A stretch of DNA of 64,000 bases from Tubiluchus corallicola. Its lineage: Eukaryota > Animalia > Priapulida. The notes beneath the pieces are model-generated. The model did no database searches. It was not told the origin of the DNA and saw only the letters and a list, made by a program, of their open reading frames with translations. Positions 1-13,884 of this stretch are shown here, piece by piece. Numbering within the stretch: position 1 is the first letter of the stretch; each line of letters starts with the position of its first letter. The stretch lies in assembly GCA_030141605.1 (NCBI GenBank), contig JAQGDQ010000260.1, positions 186,001 to 250,000 on the forward strand. The letters run 5' to 3'. A program made the translations under genes and the position numbers.

Positions 1-297
1 TACTAATCTTATTGAGTCTGTAATCACGTGTAATACGCATTCAACAAAAATTTACTAAGATTTTTGAAATCTTAGTACCAAGAGAAATCAAAATTGAGCA
101 CAATTTTTTGTTGGGGCTGTTTTAAAATTAAAGAGATAGTATCAGTAATTGACGGGTAGCATAAAGAAACAAAAAGTTGGTGTTGTTTCCACAAGCACAG
201 TTTGTCAGGTGTGTGGTAATCTACTGATTGTGCATATGTAATCATAGGGCCACTCTCTGAGGTCTTTTAAGTTTACAGTGAGTTTTTCTTATTTTAG

Positions 298-1806
298 GTT
301 GTTTACTGTTTTGTGGATTCTCATCCTGACTGGATTCATGCAGGTAAGAATATGCTTAGCAATATTGTGATTGTGATGGCCTGATTGTATTTGCATTTAT
401 CTTAAGTTTGCTAGAAGCACTATGACATTCTATCTTGGTACTATAACAATGTAAGTTCTGGATGTTTCGATCTTGCCAGCAGATCGATTGTAAATCTTGA
501 ATGTGCGAAATATGCGGGGGAGAGCACAAACTTTTTGGCTTAACCAAAAACACTAAGTTATTCATTGTGTGCATTTTATGAACTACCAGATAATTAATTA
601 TATGCCGCATATTTCGGATGCAGCATATCTTTCCAGAATGGGATGTCTAGTATTTGGTTGTGTCGTTGTTATTGTTCTTGTGGACAGTCTGCTTTTGCAG
701 TCATGCAAGAATGTGTTTTCTTGGCAATTACTAAACCATTTGCGACAAATTATATACTGGACTAACCGTCGCGGTCACTCAGAGGTTCATTTCAATCCAA
801 ACCATCTGGGAGAAATGGGGACAAAACTTCCAAAAATCGGCAATTTTGCAAACTGAGATCTGGAGAGTAGGACTGCTGTACAACAGTGAAAAGAAAGTTC
901 AGCGGCGGATGTAGCAGGCATAGTTAGATTTTGCAGCAGGGGCATGCAACAATAAGAGTTTTCTCAAGCCAGCTCCCAAATTTTGTTCAAATTCGAAATT
1001 TCAGGTAATTCACAGGTAGAAAGCTGCTGACATATAGCATTATGTAACTTTATTGGATTATACTCTGCTTGTACTTTATAACCATTATTACTGGGGGTCC
1101 TGAGCAGTAAGTAAATACTATGTAAAATGCTCGTACATTAATTAACATCAGTAGATGGGTCTGATAGTACAATGTATTAGCAATTTCACACAGTTTTGAC
1201 TATGCATAAATGTTTTTGCAAAGTTCAACTAGACTGGTGTTGTTGTTGCCATCATCATCACCATCAGTGGCGGAGGTGGCGACAGCATAGAATGGGGGGG
1301 GGGGGGGGTGTGGGTGAAAATTTCCGGTGATTATGCATTTGACTCTGGTGACAGCATGGTGTGGTCATGCATATGATGCAGGCTACGTTAAACCACGTTG
1401 CATTCTGGGACGTTAAGGTCACCTGAACTTTTTTCTCCTGTTGTTAAACCAAATACTTGTCTTAAATTGGAAATTTATGATCTAATGTGTTTATTAGAGG
1501 TAAAAATAATGCTAATTACAGGTGGCGCCATAGTGGTTTTTCTGCTTAAAAGCTGAAAGTAGTTCTCTTACCCTATGCCATGTTTTCTATTTGCAGATTT
1601 TTTTGCAAAGCGAATCATTGGAGTTAATTCTTGCTGCTGGTGGCGCCATCATTTTTTCTTTGTTCATTGTTTACGACACACATCTTCTCATGCATAAACT
1701 CAGTGCGGAGGAATACATTGTGGCAGCGATCAACTTGTATCTGGATATTATCAATTTATTTTTGCATATATTGAGACTCTTAAATGCTGCAAACAGACAA
1801 AATTAA
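298..1806 (+). CDS. TMBIM4: Protein lifeguard 4 / TMBIM4 (GAAP, Bax inhibitor-1 family), last two coding exons; 5' part lies before the window
   Basis: Exon 298-343 (ttttag|...cag|gtaag) reads [15 protein letters not shown] and splices in frame to exon 1597-1806 (ttgcag|), [62 protein letters not shown]. The YDT...EEY...LYLDIINLF signature is that of TMBIM4-type BI-1 proteins. AATAAA at 1930 and 2017. Confidence 0.9.
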
Positions 1807-2636
1807 AAGACACTTTGACTTTTGTAAAAGAATTTTTCTGTTGTTGATGAATGTAAATATTATAATGCGTAAACTTTGTAATGGATGACTGAGATAATAT
1901 ATAATAATGTATGCTGGAAATGTATTTCTAATAAACACGCTATGGGTTTTGCTCCTTTCAATTATTAATATTTGTGTGGTACTTTTTACAGTCTGAATAG
2001 AGCGTGAAACATAATTAATAAAAATGGGAACGGAATATTTTGCACACTTGTTATTTTTCTTGATTAATGTTGTGAATCGTGATTTTAAATAGTCATTTAT
2101 TCATTGGATAAATTTTAATTATACTCTTTCCAATAGCCCACTGCAACAATATTAATATCTTAATGTTGGCTGGAAAATCTCGCTTGAAAAAACTGTGCCG
2201 AAAATATATTCCACAAAGTCTTTTTTGTCAACAGTGATGAATTTACTGGGGATGTGGTTTACTCATTGTTATCGAAGTCAACAATTGCATGCCTAATATG
2301 TAATGATATATTATAATAATGCAATTAATGTGGAGGGCAGGCTTTCAAAATTTGAAGATCAAGTTAATTCTGTTTTTAATTTCTCCTAAGGGAACATACT
2401 TTTCCAAGCAGAAAGCAGGGAACCCATCCCAGTTCTATCCCACCCTTTGTTCGAACTGCTGAGTGGCTTGAATAGAATTCATATCAGTAAAAAATAAATC
2501 TGTTGTAGCAAAGAAAAAATGAGTCAAGACAAAACTGAATTACAGCTGAAAATTGTTGATTTCTGTTTGCTGATTACAGGAGTAGCAAGATAAGGTTGGA
2601 AGTACACTAGTATGCTAATGCTGAATTACAGAGCTA

Positions 2637-5600
2637 TCAAAGTTTTACGTGGGTGGCAGCTTCAACTCTTTCACTTTCCACCTGTGCTAGGTCATTTATA
2701 GTCTTGCAGAAATCAATATAAGCGAAGCCATATCTTCCAGCAAGGCTAGCATCATACTTCATCATCAGAGCCTTGAATTCGTTGTCGTTAAGATAACAGC
2801 CTGTTTGAGAGATGACATGTCGAAACTGTGAAGGTGTGACCACTCCGTTGTGCCATTTATCAAGTTCTTCAAACAATTCTAAGACATGCGTCCTATGAGT
2901 GCGTACCTAGAACAATCAAGAACTACTTGAGTGGTCAATCCGTCTGGCGAGTGCATACCTAGAATAATCAAGAACTACTTGAGTGGTCAATCCCTCTGGC
3001 GAGTGCGTACCTAGAATAATCAAGAACTACTTGAGTGGTCAATCCGTCTGGCGAGTGCATACCTAGAATAATCAAGAACTACTTGAGTGGTCAATCCGTC
3101 TGGCGAGTGCATACCTAGAATAATCAAGAACTACTTGAGTGGTCAATCCATCTGGCGAGCGCATACCTAGAATAATCAAGAACTACCTGAGTGGTCAATC
3201 CGTCTGGCGAGTGCATACCTAGAATAATCAAGAACTACTTGAGTGGTCAATCCATCTGGCGAGCGCATACCTAGAATAATCAAGAACTACTTGAGTGGTC
3301 AATCCATCTGGCGAGTGCATACCTAGAATAATCAAGAACTACTTGAGTGGTCAATCCGTCTGGCGAGTGCATACCTAGAATAATCAAGAACTGCTTGAGT
3401 GGTCAATCCGTCTGGTGAGTGCATACCTAGAATAATCAAGAACTGCTTGAGTGGTCAATCCGTCTGGCGAGTGCATACCTAGAATAATCCAGAAGCTATA
3501 TAAGTGGCCAGCATACTTAATGACTTGCTGTGAGTGTGTACCTAAAACAAGTAAGAAGTTTGATGTGAATTAAGAGGTCCAACACAAATTTTGGCTGGTG
3601 ACTCTGCACATAGTAACTTTGTAACCAGTTCTAGACGATTTCACCTGGTTGCAATTGGCAGTGGGTTGAGGACCATGACCCGCAGTTTGATCAAGGATCA
3701 CACTGGTCGCTCGAAAGAGATTGCGAGAAGGTGAATGCTAGTGCATTTAAGACAGGTATTGGCAGTAGTTCAAGATAATCCTTGGCAAAGCAGTAGGTTT
3801 AACATTGGAGCTACCTAAAATTCAGACAAAGCAGACTAGTTAACTTACCTGGAAATTAAACTAGAAATTTCCTACTTCCCAAATTTCTGCGTTTCAGCTT
3901 AGTTAATTTGACCTGTTAATTATATATATATATATATATACTTGTCTTATCAAGTATATATATATGTATGTATGTATATACTGATACAGGTATGTATCAG
4001 AGAATGATGACGACAATGAATGATGATGATGAAGTTAACAGTTGCTTACCTTTTCAGCCAGCCGGTGTAAGCAAACATGCAGTATTGCATCTACCTCCTC
4101 GGGTAAGACAATTTTCGTAGGACTTGGAGGATGAAATTCCTCTACCTATAAGAATCACATTAAACAAGGTGGCAATTTACAGACTATGAGAGAGATTGAA
4201 ACTTCTCATAAATTAAAAAAAAGAAAAAACTAAAAGAACAGTATAACAGAATGAGACATTCATCATGCGTATAAAGAGACCAATGCGGACAAAATTGTAG
4301 ACTTATACCTGCAACCCTGGATATTGCTCCATCTCTTTACATCTGAATATCGACTCGATATCATCAACAAATTTTGCATAATCTACACAATCAGGGAATC
4401 CAACTGACTGATAACTGAATAAAAATATACAGCAGCATTAAATCACCATGCAGTGTCTTCATCTAAATTTTAAAGAAATCGGATGTTTTCAACTAAAATG
4501 CAATAGATACACTTACTATATTAATTAATCTTCATTAACTTCATAATAAAATAAACAAACAAAACTACTGCAATCATATCTTGGTTTGCTGGACAAAAGC
4601 AGGAAGACATTGATCCAAATGTGCCGATCGTCCATATTTATTGATGCTAAGCTAATACAGTAGGTGCCGTGTATTAGACTCACGGTAATGTAGAATCAAT
4701 CCCCTAATTGTCTCGAAAACGCCTAGTATGGGCCGCTCCTATACAAAAGTATATAGAAACTATCGGCAATTGACTCAAATAATTCTGCTGAATTGACTCT
4801 ATATATAGAAACACACACGTGGTTATAATGATGTAAACAAAGTGACGGCCCGCCAACTAGCTGCGGCAAACTGAGTGTACTTACTACTTTTCAATAGCAA
4901 TCATTTCTGGCAGTGAAAGCCTTACTGTACTCAGATTGAGAGCACGACGAAATGCCAGCTTCGGGATTCTTCCCGTACGCAGCTTATCGTAGTCACTCAA
5001 AAACTCTAGTATTCTAATCCTTTCCCGCCAAACCTAATAATAGCATCATAATTAACACCCTGCATCAACTAACTGAATTCTCACCGCATTTGCAAATTGA
5101 GGAAAATAATACGTTTACACTTCAAATTGTAATTAGTAAGCATTAATTTACTTATGTCATAATGTTTTTTCAAGCCGAAATGTTCTTAGTAAAAAACTTT
5201 TTAGATAATGTTAATTTGTTTTCGTCCCATTGTAAAAATATAAATTGTAGCCAACTACATGACAAAGTTAATCATAATCCATTAATATTAGAAAAAAGAG
5301 TCTAATCATAATCCATTAATATTAGAAAAAAGAGTCTAATCATAATCCATTAATATTAGAAAAAAGAGTCTTTGCATTTATCAAAAACCAAAAAAGAAAC
5401 CAAGAAAAAGTTCTTATTAAAGAAACGCCAGGCACGTTCAAGCTGACAAAGTGACCTATTTGCTGACAAGACCACAATAACAGCAGCAGACGGTTCTATG
5501 CACGAACATTATCATGGACAGGTGTGTTTGTTACCGAGATTGGATAAATTAACAGAAAGTTCAACACATGTATTAATCATACCTTACTCTTAATCTTCGA

Positions 5601-8600
5601 CATCACTTGCTCATAGTCAGACGGAGGAATATCTTCTGGAGGATGCCGTAGCGTATTGGTCATCTTTCTTTCTTCCAACACAGCATGATACTTTGGTTCA
5701 ATTGGCACCTCAGGGTCAACCTCCTAATAAAAATTAGCAATTTTCACAAAAATTTTGTATAGTCATGTTCACTTACGATTACCATATTTATGTTAAATGA
5801 CAAGAAAAGGGGTACCTGAAGTAGGTTTCAGAAAAATCGCCTTAAAAATTATATTACTTTATCTTTGTCTTCATTTTAAATCTCCCGCGATACTGTTACG
5901 GCGGCGCCATTACACGATGTCGTTTATGCACAACGTAAATCAGGGGAAGAAAAGGCAATGTTAATTTATGTCCCAAAAAACTTTCCATGCAAATCTATAT
6001 TACTCAGCTTTTCACTTACCTGCTGGGAAGACTTATGTAACTAGAGAAGAAAATTATTAGTCATTTAAAACGTTTTCAGCAATTGGTAAAATGTCGTTGA
6101 CTCACCCTCCAGGGTGCACCACTCACTAACCAAAAACGTATTTTTAACCTTATTGACAAGATACAGTAATTTAAAAATTTATTTAGTTAGTGACCTGGAT
6201 GCTATGAATGCTCTGATTATTTTTTCAAAGTTTACAAAATGTCATCTAAACTTGTGTCAAATCACCTGTCATCAAAATGGCTGCGTCTAATGTTATTGCG
6301 GGAGTTTAAATTTACATGTTTTGTACAGCGTTACTGCCAATTGAAGTATTGTACGTAAAAAGGCAGTAGGTAAGTGATATAAAACTTCAAGACAATTTTT
6401 TTAAGCTTTATGTGAAGTGTTTTCTTGTGCTTGAAGTATCACATTTTGGATGAATACTGATAAATAACTATGTTCCAGTATCGCCTCAATCATAAACATA
6501 ATAAATACGTTTTGCCTTCATTAACGTATACCTGGAGAAACAGTATGTAATTAAATCCCAGATCATCTATAAATTTTCTCTCAATGGCTGCATACTCCTC
6601 CTCTGTAAGCATAAGATCCAGCGTCCTCAAGCACTGCTTGAACCGAGAACTCTTCACATGACCATTATTAGTCCTATATATATTATGGATAAAACAATGA
6701 AGATAAAATGATGTGACAATGTGCAGTTGTAATTTTACTGGTATTCAACGTGATGTTTAAAAAAGCTACTTGTAACTTGTTATAACCATTCACATGACCA
6801 TTATTAGTCCTGCAATGGATACAACCATAAAGACAAGATTATATGGCGATGCGCGGTTACACACACAAGGTATGTGTGAGGATTTTTCCTGAATTTCAAG
6901 CACCAGGTGGCAGTAGTATAAGGCAGGTAAAAGGCGTGAGCATAGCACTGACGTAGCAAAGCTTAATGTGTGAAGTGAGGCGCTAATTTTTGCTATTGTG
7001 TTTGCCAAATATGTGCATTTTTTCTTGTCTTAGTGCTACACGTATTTCATCTTTATATGCAACTATATGCTGCTATGATGTAAGTAATTAGTAACTAATC
7101 TTCACGTGTCAGAAAACATGCTATAATACTTTAGGTTACATTTTTACTATTTTGGATTTGAGTATTTTTTGCTACTCAATATTTTGTTTCAACTTATTAG
7201 GCTCAAACTTTATGTATGTTTTTCTTAATTTGCAGATTAAATGATAATACTACAAAAAATTAGTTACAGTATGTGTAAAAAATTGGCTGCTTTCTACCAA
7301 TTTGTCTGTTCGTAGGGCATCTGCACTGAAAGTACAAGGTAAAAGGTTCAAATTGCAACTAAGAAAGAAAATTTGCTATACTTTCTATTCACAACAGATA
7401 TAAAGCCTATCTTCTTTCCAATGGTAGAAAAATGCAGGAATAACAATAATAATTTTGTGATACATAGTTATAAATACTTGTCAAAATCTTGCAATGTAGG
7501 CCGTAGCAAGATACGTCGCTGCTGTATTTTACAACGAAGTTTATCCATCGCATTTTGACATAATTCTGCTGAGGCTGCAAGTTCCTCATCACTAAGACTT
7601 TTCTGAGGCAACGGAGGAGAGATTGGACGGGTATGGAAGGCAGGATGCAAAACTAAACAATAACATGTAGACAGTTACACAAATCGATAATGCATTGGGC
7701 ATTAAAAAAATCAACTTTTAAATTTCCGTGTGTTAAAAATAAGTTTATATGTATCTGAAGTTTTAAGTGCAGTGGAGCTATCATTTTCTGACCACCCGTA
7801 TTAGTGTATAGTTAGTTAGTTAGTTTATTGACCATAATAAAAGTTACACGTACATCACATATGTAAATGGGGTAACCAATCTCTATGATCCATGTAAAAT
7901 AAATGCATTATTAGACGACTATCATTAAGCACACAGAAGGTGAAGAAAATATTAAAATAAAACACATATAATGGTGGTAAACTGAGGTTAATATCAAAGT
8001 GTTATTCAGTTGCAATTAAGTGGCTCTCAATGATCTTAAAAATAAAAAAAACTGTCATTTGCTAAATATTTCGACCGGTGATCTTATTGCACCTTTCATT
8101 TATCCATCACTCACCATCATTCACGTCACGTACAAATCGTGTGTACTGAATGTTATCAGGGTTTTCTGGATCTGCATAGAAGTCAGTCAGCAGGTTAAAA
8201 TCTGACTGAGAAAAGTTGAACTTTCCTATAGCACTTAGTCCAAGAGTGGATAATCCTCGTCTGCAAAAAGTATTAATAAAGAAATGCAATAAAAGTCAAT
8301 ATCTGATGTTAGAATATGGCTAAGTAGCCACTGACTTCTAAAATTTTAATGAAAAATAAAAATTTCTCAAAATAGTCTGACCAACAAATCAGTTTCACCT
8401 GTCATTCTGATGCATCACCTATGCATAACGATATTACAGAATGCACAACACGTGCTGAAACAATTACATGCTTTAAAACAGCATGAGTGTAACAGCATCA
8501 ATTCATCAATTCCCAAACAGCATCAACAAAACTCAGAAAACAAATCACCCAGCCAAGTACTATTCGACTAACTGATCATTGACTTGAATCGCAAGATTTA

Positions 8601-11600
8601 CACTGCAAATTACACTGCCTGCTAAGTGCAATGCAATTAAATGTCCTGCAACTGTCATTTCCGGTCACTCTATGGTATTTCTGGTCATTTCCGGTAATTC
8701 ACACTTATTTGACTCCTAATGAAATCAAATGTTTGGACGTACAATGTGTCCAACTCACTGTCATGCCCATAAATGTTAGCATCTTATGTGAGGAGGAAAA
8801 TTATGTTACTCTAAAAGTTGTAACCTGAACTGGGTTTGAGTAATAACTTCAGAGCGCAGCTTGTCAAATCCCTGGAAACAATCAGCCACCACGAGGCCAT
8901 TGACTCTTACAAACTGATTTATAGCCACAACTAAGTCCTGGACATTTTGAAAACCTTCCCGTGGTTGTGACTCGGCAGCATACGGTAGAAATGCCGTTAT
9001 AGACACTTTTCTTCCTCTGTGCAGTATCGGCCAATCAGGTGCAAACTGTCCGACTTTCATGGCAGGATCCTCAGTTTCACAGTGAATGCGGAAAAAATCT
9101 AGAAAAATCAGGAGGAGATTAACAAATGTATATTTTACAGGTTATCACGGTAGCGGCAATCACCCTGAACCATATCGTTATGCGTTCAACAGGTAACGGT
9201 GACAAAGAAAATAGTAGACAATACCTGCTGTCTTTATTCTTGCATACTATTGCTTCCAAATTCAAACAATTACCAATATACTTAATAAGCGTATTAAACC
9301 GAATTGCAGATATATAGATATATTTAAACTAACAATTGACTGTGAAATAGGTAAGAAAACCGCAACGTCTGTCAACTTTCAACAGTGTAGAAGTGCCTGG
9401 GTTTTTCCGAAATGTTCCTCTCAAAGGCTAAAATCCAAAAAGAGTAATGACCAGCAAATAAGATGATTGTAAACACACTTAGCGAGCAACGAAAACCCGA
9501 GTGATAGATGTTAAAAACACTCTTACTGAAGGACGGCATGTTACTGTCTTAATATTCATTGACAAGAGTGTTCAATGAATTACTATTGATTTCGTCAGCT
9601 TATGATCTGCTGGAAAACAAATTATTAATTTTTTGCATGATAAAGTCGTGTGGTAATGCAATGAAAACATCAGCTTTATATCCTCGTTAATATAAAAATA
9701 AAGAGTTAACATAACTAAGCTGCAGACATCCAAGTAACTCACAACTTCAAGGTAAAAACCAGTTGATACATGAAATATATGTGTTGGTGTCAAGCAATTC
9801 AATCTAAAATTCTATAATTATTTGTTTTCTTTCCGAATTTTTACAAACATGCACTTCCTGAAACTGTTTAAAAACGAAGCCAGCCTTAGTCATGTGACCT
9901 AAGCTTTAGTAGTATACGCCACCTATCAATCACACTTGTTTCTATACGTAGTTACACTTTCTGTTGCCGCTATGCTGATCATGCCGTTTTGTGATACTTT
10001 CATTGTTTTGTCTATTTTGTCTATTTAACAGTCACTAGTTGTATTTTCTAGCCAAAGTTGTCACCAGTAAATGTAAGTCACCATCTACTTTAATAATTAG
10101 TTAAACGTTTAAATTGGTTAGAATTGCTTCAAATCTCTAGAATCATAAAGTAATAATTTGTTTCAGTCTTCTTAAAACATTTTGTCTAAATAGTAATAAG
10201 CTTTAGCACATTCTCAAGCACTTTTTGTGACCTGTTATTTTAATAAATTGCAGGTCTATCGCACAGCTCAATACTGATTTTTGCCGTTTCTTTGCCTGGA
10301 CTGGGCGCATCCACAATATGGTTATGTTGTCTCGTTAAAAATAAAGTTGCAATTGTGAGAATACCAGCTTCAGAAAGGAAATATTCACACTTTTCGGAGT
10401 TTAAGGTTTAAGATGACATGCATGGCATGCACACAATTTAATATATTTTGTGCCTATCCCAGATACCCTTTTTCTTGTAAAGTCACTAGAATATTTTGAA
10501 TGATAGTCAAATCAAGAGACAAATTTGTTGTAAAATGGATTAGTACATGTAACAGATATTTGATCCAGCACCTGAAATCACAAACAGCTTATGTATCCAG
10601 CTGTGGAGTTTAGAAACTAATACCTTGAGTTAACCCCTTAACTAAAATGTGGAAAAACTTTGTTGATCCATGACTGTGTCTTTTGCCATAAGCAAATAAG
10701 TAAAACAAAAACTCGTTAACAAAGAAAACACCTTTGTCAACTGCTTGCACAAATAGCGGGTAGTAGACATCGATGGTATCAGGACCACGAAACTTTCGGC
10801 ACAGCAGATCCAGATCCTCCTTACTGACCTCTAGTGAGAGAAAATGTAACATTCGGCCAAACTGTGACTTGGTCATGCACTGGCTATATTCTTTATTTTG
10901 CTACAAAAGAGAGCAAAATTGGGTTAACAAAAAGGATAATATATAAACATTCGATATTGACAAAAATATTAAAGAAAAGTCACTAGATAGAACAACAGCA
11001 AGTTGGCAAAAATCAAATAAAAAATAGCAATATTAAAGGATTAGTGAGACGAACAAAATCACCCAAAGTAGTTACTGAGGAGGGCGATCAACCATCTATT
11101 GATTGACTAGTCCTGGTAGCTAACTTCGGTTGTTACTCACACACCATGACCACTAGCTATTCTTCTCACCTCTTACTTTAGCTACATTAAGATGAAGATG
11201 TAACTTCTGCTTGGCCACTATTGCCACACTGTTCCTTTCTGTTTGGTGTAGCAAGTTATGTAGGACTCGGCATCCAGTGACCAACAGCCAATCACTTATA
11301 AATTTACACACCCGATCAAAATCCTTGAAATACTGGAATAACATGAGTCGACGCTTGCTCACATCCTTACTGAGATCTTCAATAATTTGGTTGACTCGCT
11401 GTTCCTCCTCTGCGCTCAGCAAAGCCGTGGGCTTCCATCTCGTTGTTGGCTTCGGTAGAAGAGTTTCCACTGGATGGGTGAGAAGAAAGTTGGGGTTGGA
11501 TTCGAATTCAGCTTTCCTATCGGCTGCAAATCAAATTAAGTCTCATAGAACACGAAGTCAGTTTAAGTGGTTTAGGTAACCGAGGAAGTTAGATGGTAAC

Positions 11601-13844
11601 TTGGAAATACTGCCTTGATACAGTGTGGCCTGCGATTCACAGTTGACAAACCTCTAGCAGCTTATAAGGTAATAGTCTGTGGTAGTGATGCTTACCATAG
11701 CTGCTCAAAAAGCAGAATGTTTTGGGCTCGAGTTTCAGTTCCAGGTGTAAAATTTTTCAGATTTCCTAATTTGGTATTGCTTATTTTGCTTATTGCTTTA
11801 GAATAGACCCAATTAGTTAATTTTGCATCAACAAGACTCATCAAATGCACACCCTTCATAACATTTCTATATAAATGCATGTAAGTAGTCTTTGGGGTAC
11901 TACAAAATTGGCACGTTGTTATGGCACATAAAATGGTTATATTCATAACGGTATTAGCTATGTAATGCACATGTTTACCATTAAAGGAAGACAGAATGAT
12001 TTTTCATATACTACCCCATTTTCAAGTACGATAAAAAATGCATTATAACACCAGTAATACTGCAAAAGCGTTTCTGATAATTAAACAATAGATTAAAATC
12101 TCTGTTAACGACAGGCGAGCCCAAGCATTGATGACATCACAATCAAACACAAACAACATACATACATGCAACAACATACATTTCAACAACATAAATGTAC
12201 CATGAGCGTGTTGCATATGTTTGCGAAAGCAAAAATTAAGTATAATGCTACTGCAAGAGACTTAGTGTTGTACTGAAACTTAGCTAGTTTTAAGATAAAA
12301 ATTCAAATTTCAGATTTACTGCTGTGCTCACGCACAAACTAACACAGCTGAACTGAGAGGCACAGCACCTGTTTTTTGAGCAATGCAGGAGCATGTGTCC
12401 GTCCAACTAGCAAATGGCGAAATGCATGTAACAGCGAAGAAGTAGTGGCGCGAACGTGAAACTGTGTATGTGTGGTAATAATTCTTCCACATAAGTCATA
12501 TTTGAAAAAATGGTATGTTTCCTTTCAATATTTTATAGAGTAGACTGTTTTGACCTACAGTTTTAGAGTCCAGTTTTCCTTTAATATGGTAGTAGCCTTA
12601 TATTGTACATGTTTACCATTTATAATATACAACAGTTTTCACAGGCTGGCAGTGAGATTTTCTCTAGTTATTCGTAATTATTATTCCTGGTTACCTAATT
12701 ATATACTATAAAAAATTGCTACTTTACCTTCCAATACATCATTGCAGAAATCTTTGTATAAGACCCTGCCATCGTAAGTCGCATATTTGTCAGTGACCAA
12801 TTGCACTTCATCCGGAGTCAACTTTGCCAGCTCTGCGACACCGACCGACAAGCCCCGTATGAACTGACTATCTACAATAAAAAAACAGATTGAACAATTT
12901 TATTCAACATCTTTTATAATTAAGTTTCTACCAGAGAAAAGGCATCTATCAGCAAAGTGAAACAGAAGATAAAAGTGTTTTCACTTTTATTCTACTGAGA
13001 TGTTCTAGCATCTTTGCAACACAATTTTCAGATCATTTAGCTTAGAATACAATCTGAGTAGTTAAAATGGTTCATTCAAGGCAGCAATACACCAATCAGA
13101 TCTTCCCTGCTCATCACAGGTTCCTTTGAGTCATTAGAACCTTGCAAGTCAACATTTCATTTTCCTAGTGATCATCCATCCATTTGATAACCAAACTCGA
13201 AGCTGCTTTACCACCACCAAGGACACATGGCAACTGCGCAGCTACTACCAGATAGTAACAGCAGCAATAATGGCAACAGCAACAAGTCAACAGTAACAGC
13301 AATGCTGTGATCACACAGCCAAGTCTGTCGACCCAATCTACCACCACAACAATGAACTGTAGTCGCCGTCGCCACCACGACCACAATGACAAAATAGACA
13401 ACAACAGCATCTTGTTTACAATTACTTTCAGCAATCAAACAGTTTTTATATGCTTTGGCACACTGCACGACAGAAACACAGGGCTTACTCAAAAAGATGT
13501 TTATGACATGACCAAACCTGAATCATAACCCAGGATATCCGTCTAAGATGAGTCACTGAACCAGCAGAGGTGTCTCAGCCACAGTCGGATGTATATACAT
13601 TCTTCTTCTACGAGATAAACAGCCAAGGGTTATGCATGATACTACTTGGAGGGAGTATCGGGCCAATGCCACTCACCTGCAGCGAGGAGAATCGTACCAC
13701 TCAGCTACTTTGTGCATTTAATGTTAATAGTTTAGAGCATAATGTCGCCACATTTAGATTTTTTTCAGTGATTTTCCTTGTATTTGCATTAATATTTTAC
13801 AAATACTATATATATATATATATATATAATATTTATATAGTATT

Positions 13845-13884
<40 letters not shown>

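Noticed and set aside
1293-1314. Poly-G run as a functional G-quadruplex
   Set aside because: A simple intronic homopolymer with no further evidence of function.
2897-3558. CRISPR-like array
   Set aside because: Units are contiguous and near-identical with no unique spacers, there are no cas genes, and the context is a eukaryotic intron.
13165-13528. Cys/Val/Leu/Thr-rich ORFs on both strands
   Set aside because: They come from a degenerate CAN/ACC trinucleotide tract in an intron; no splice support.
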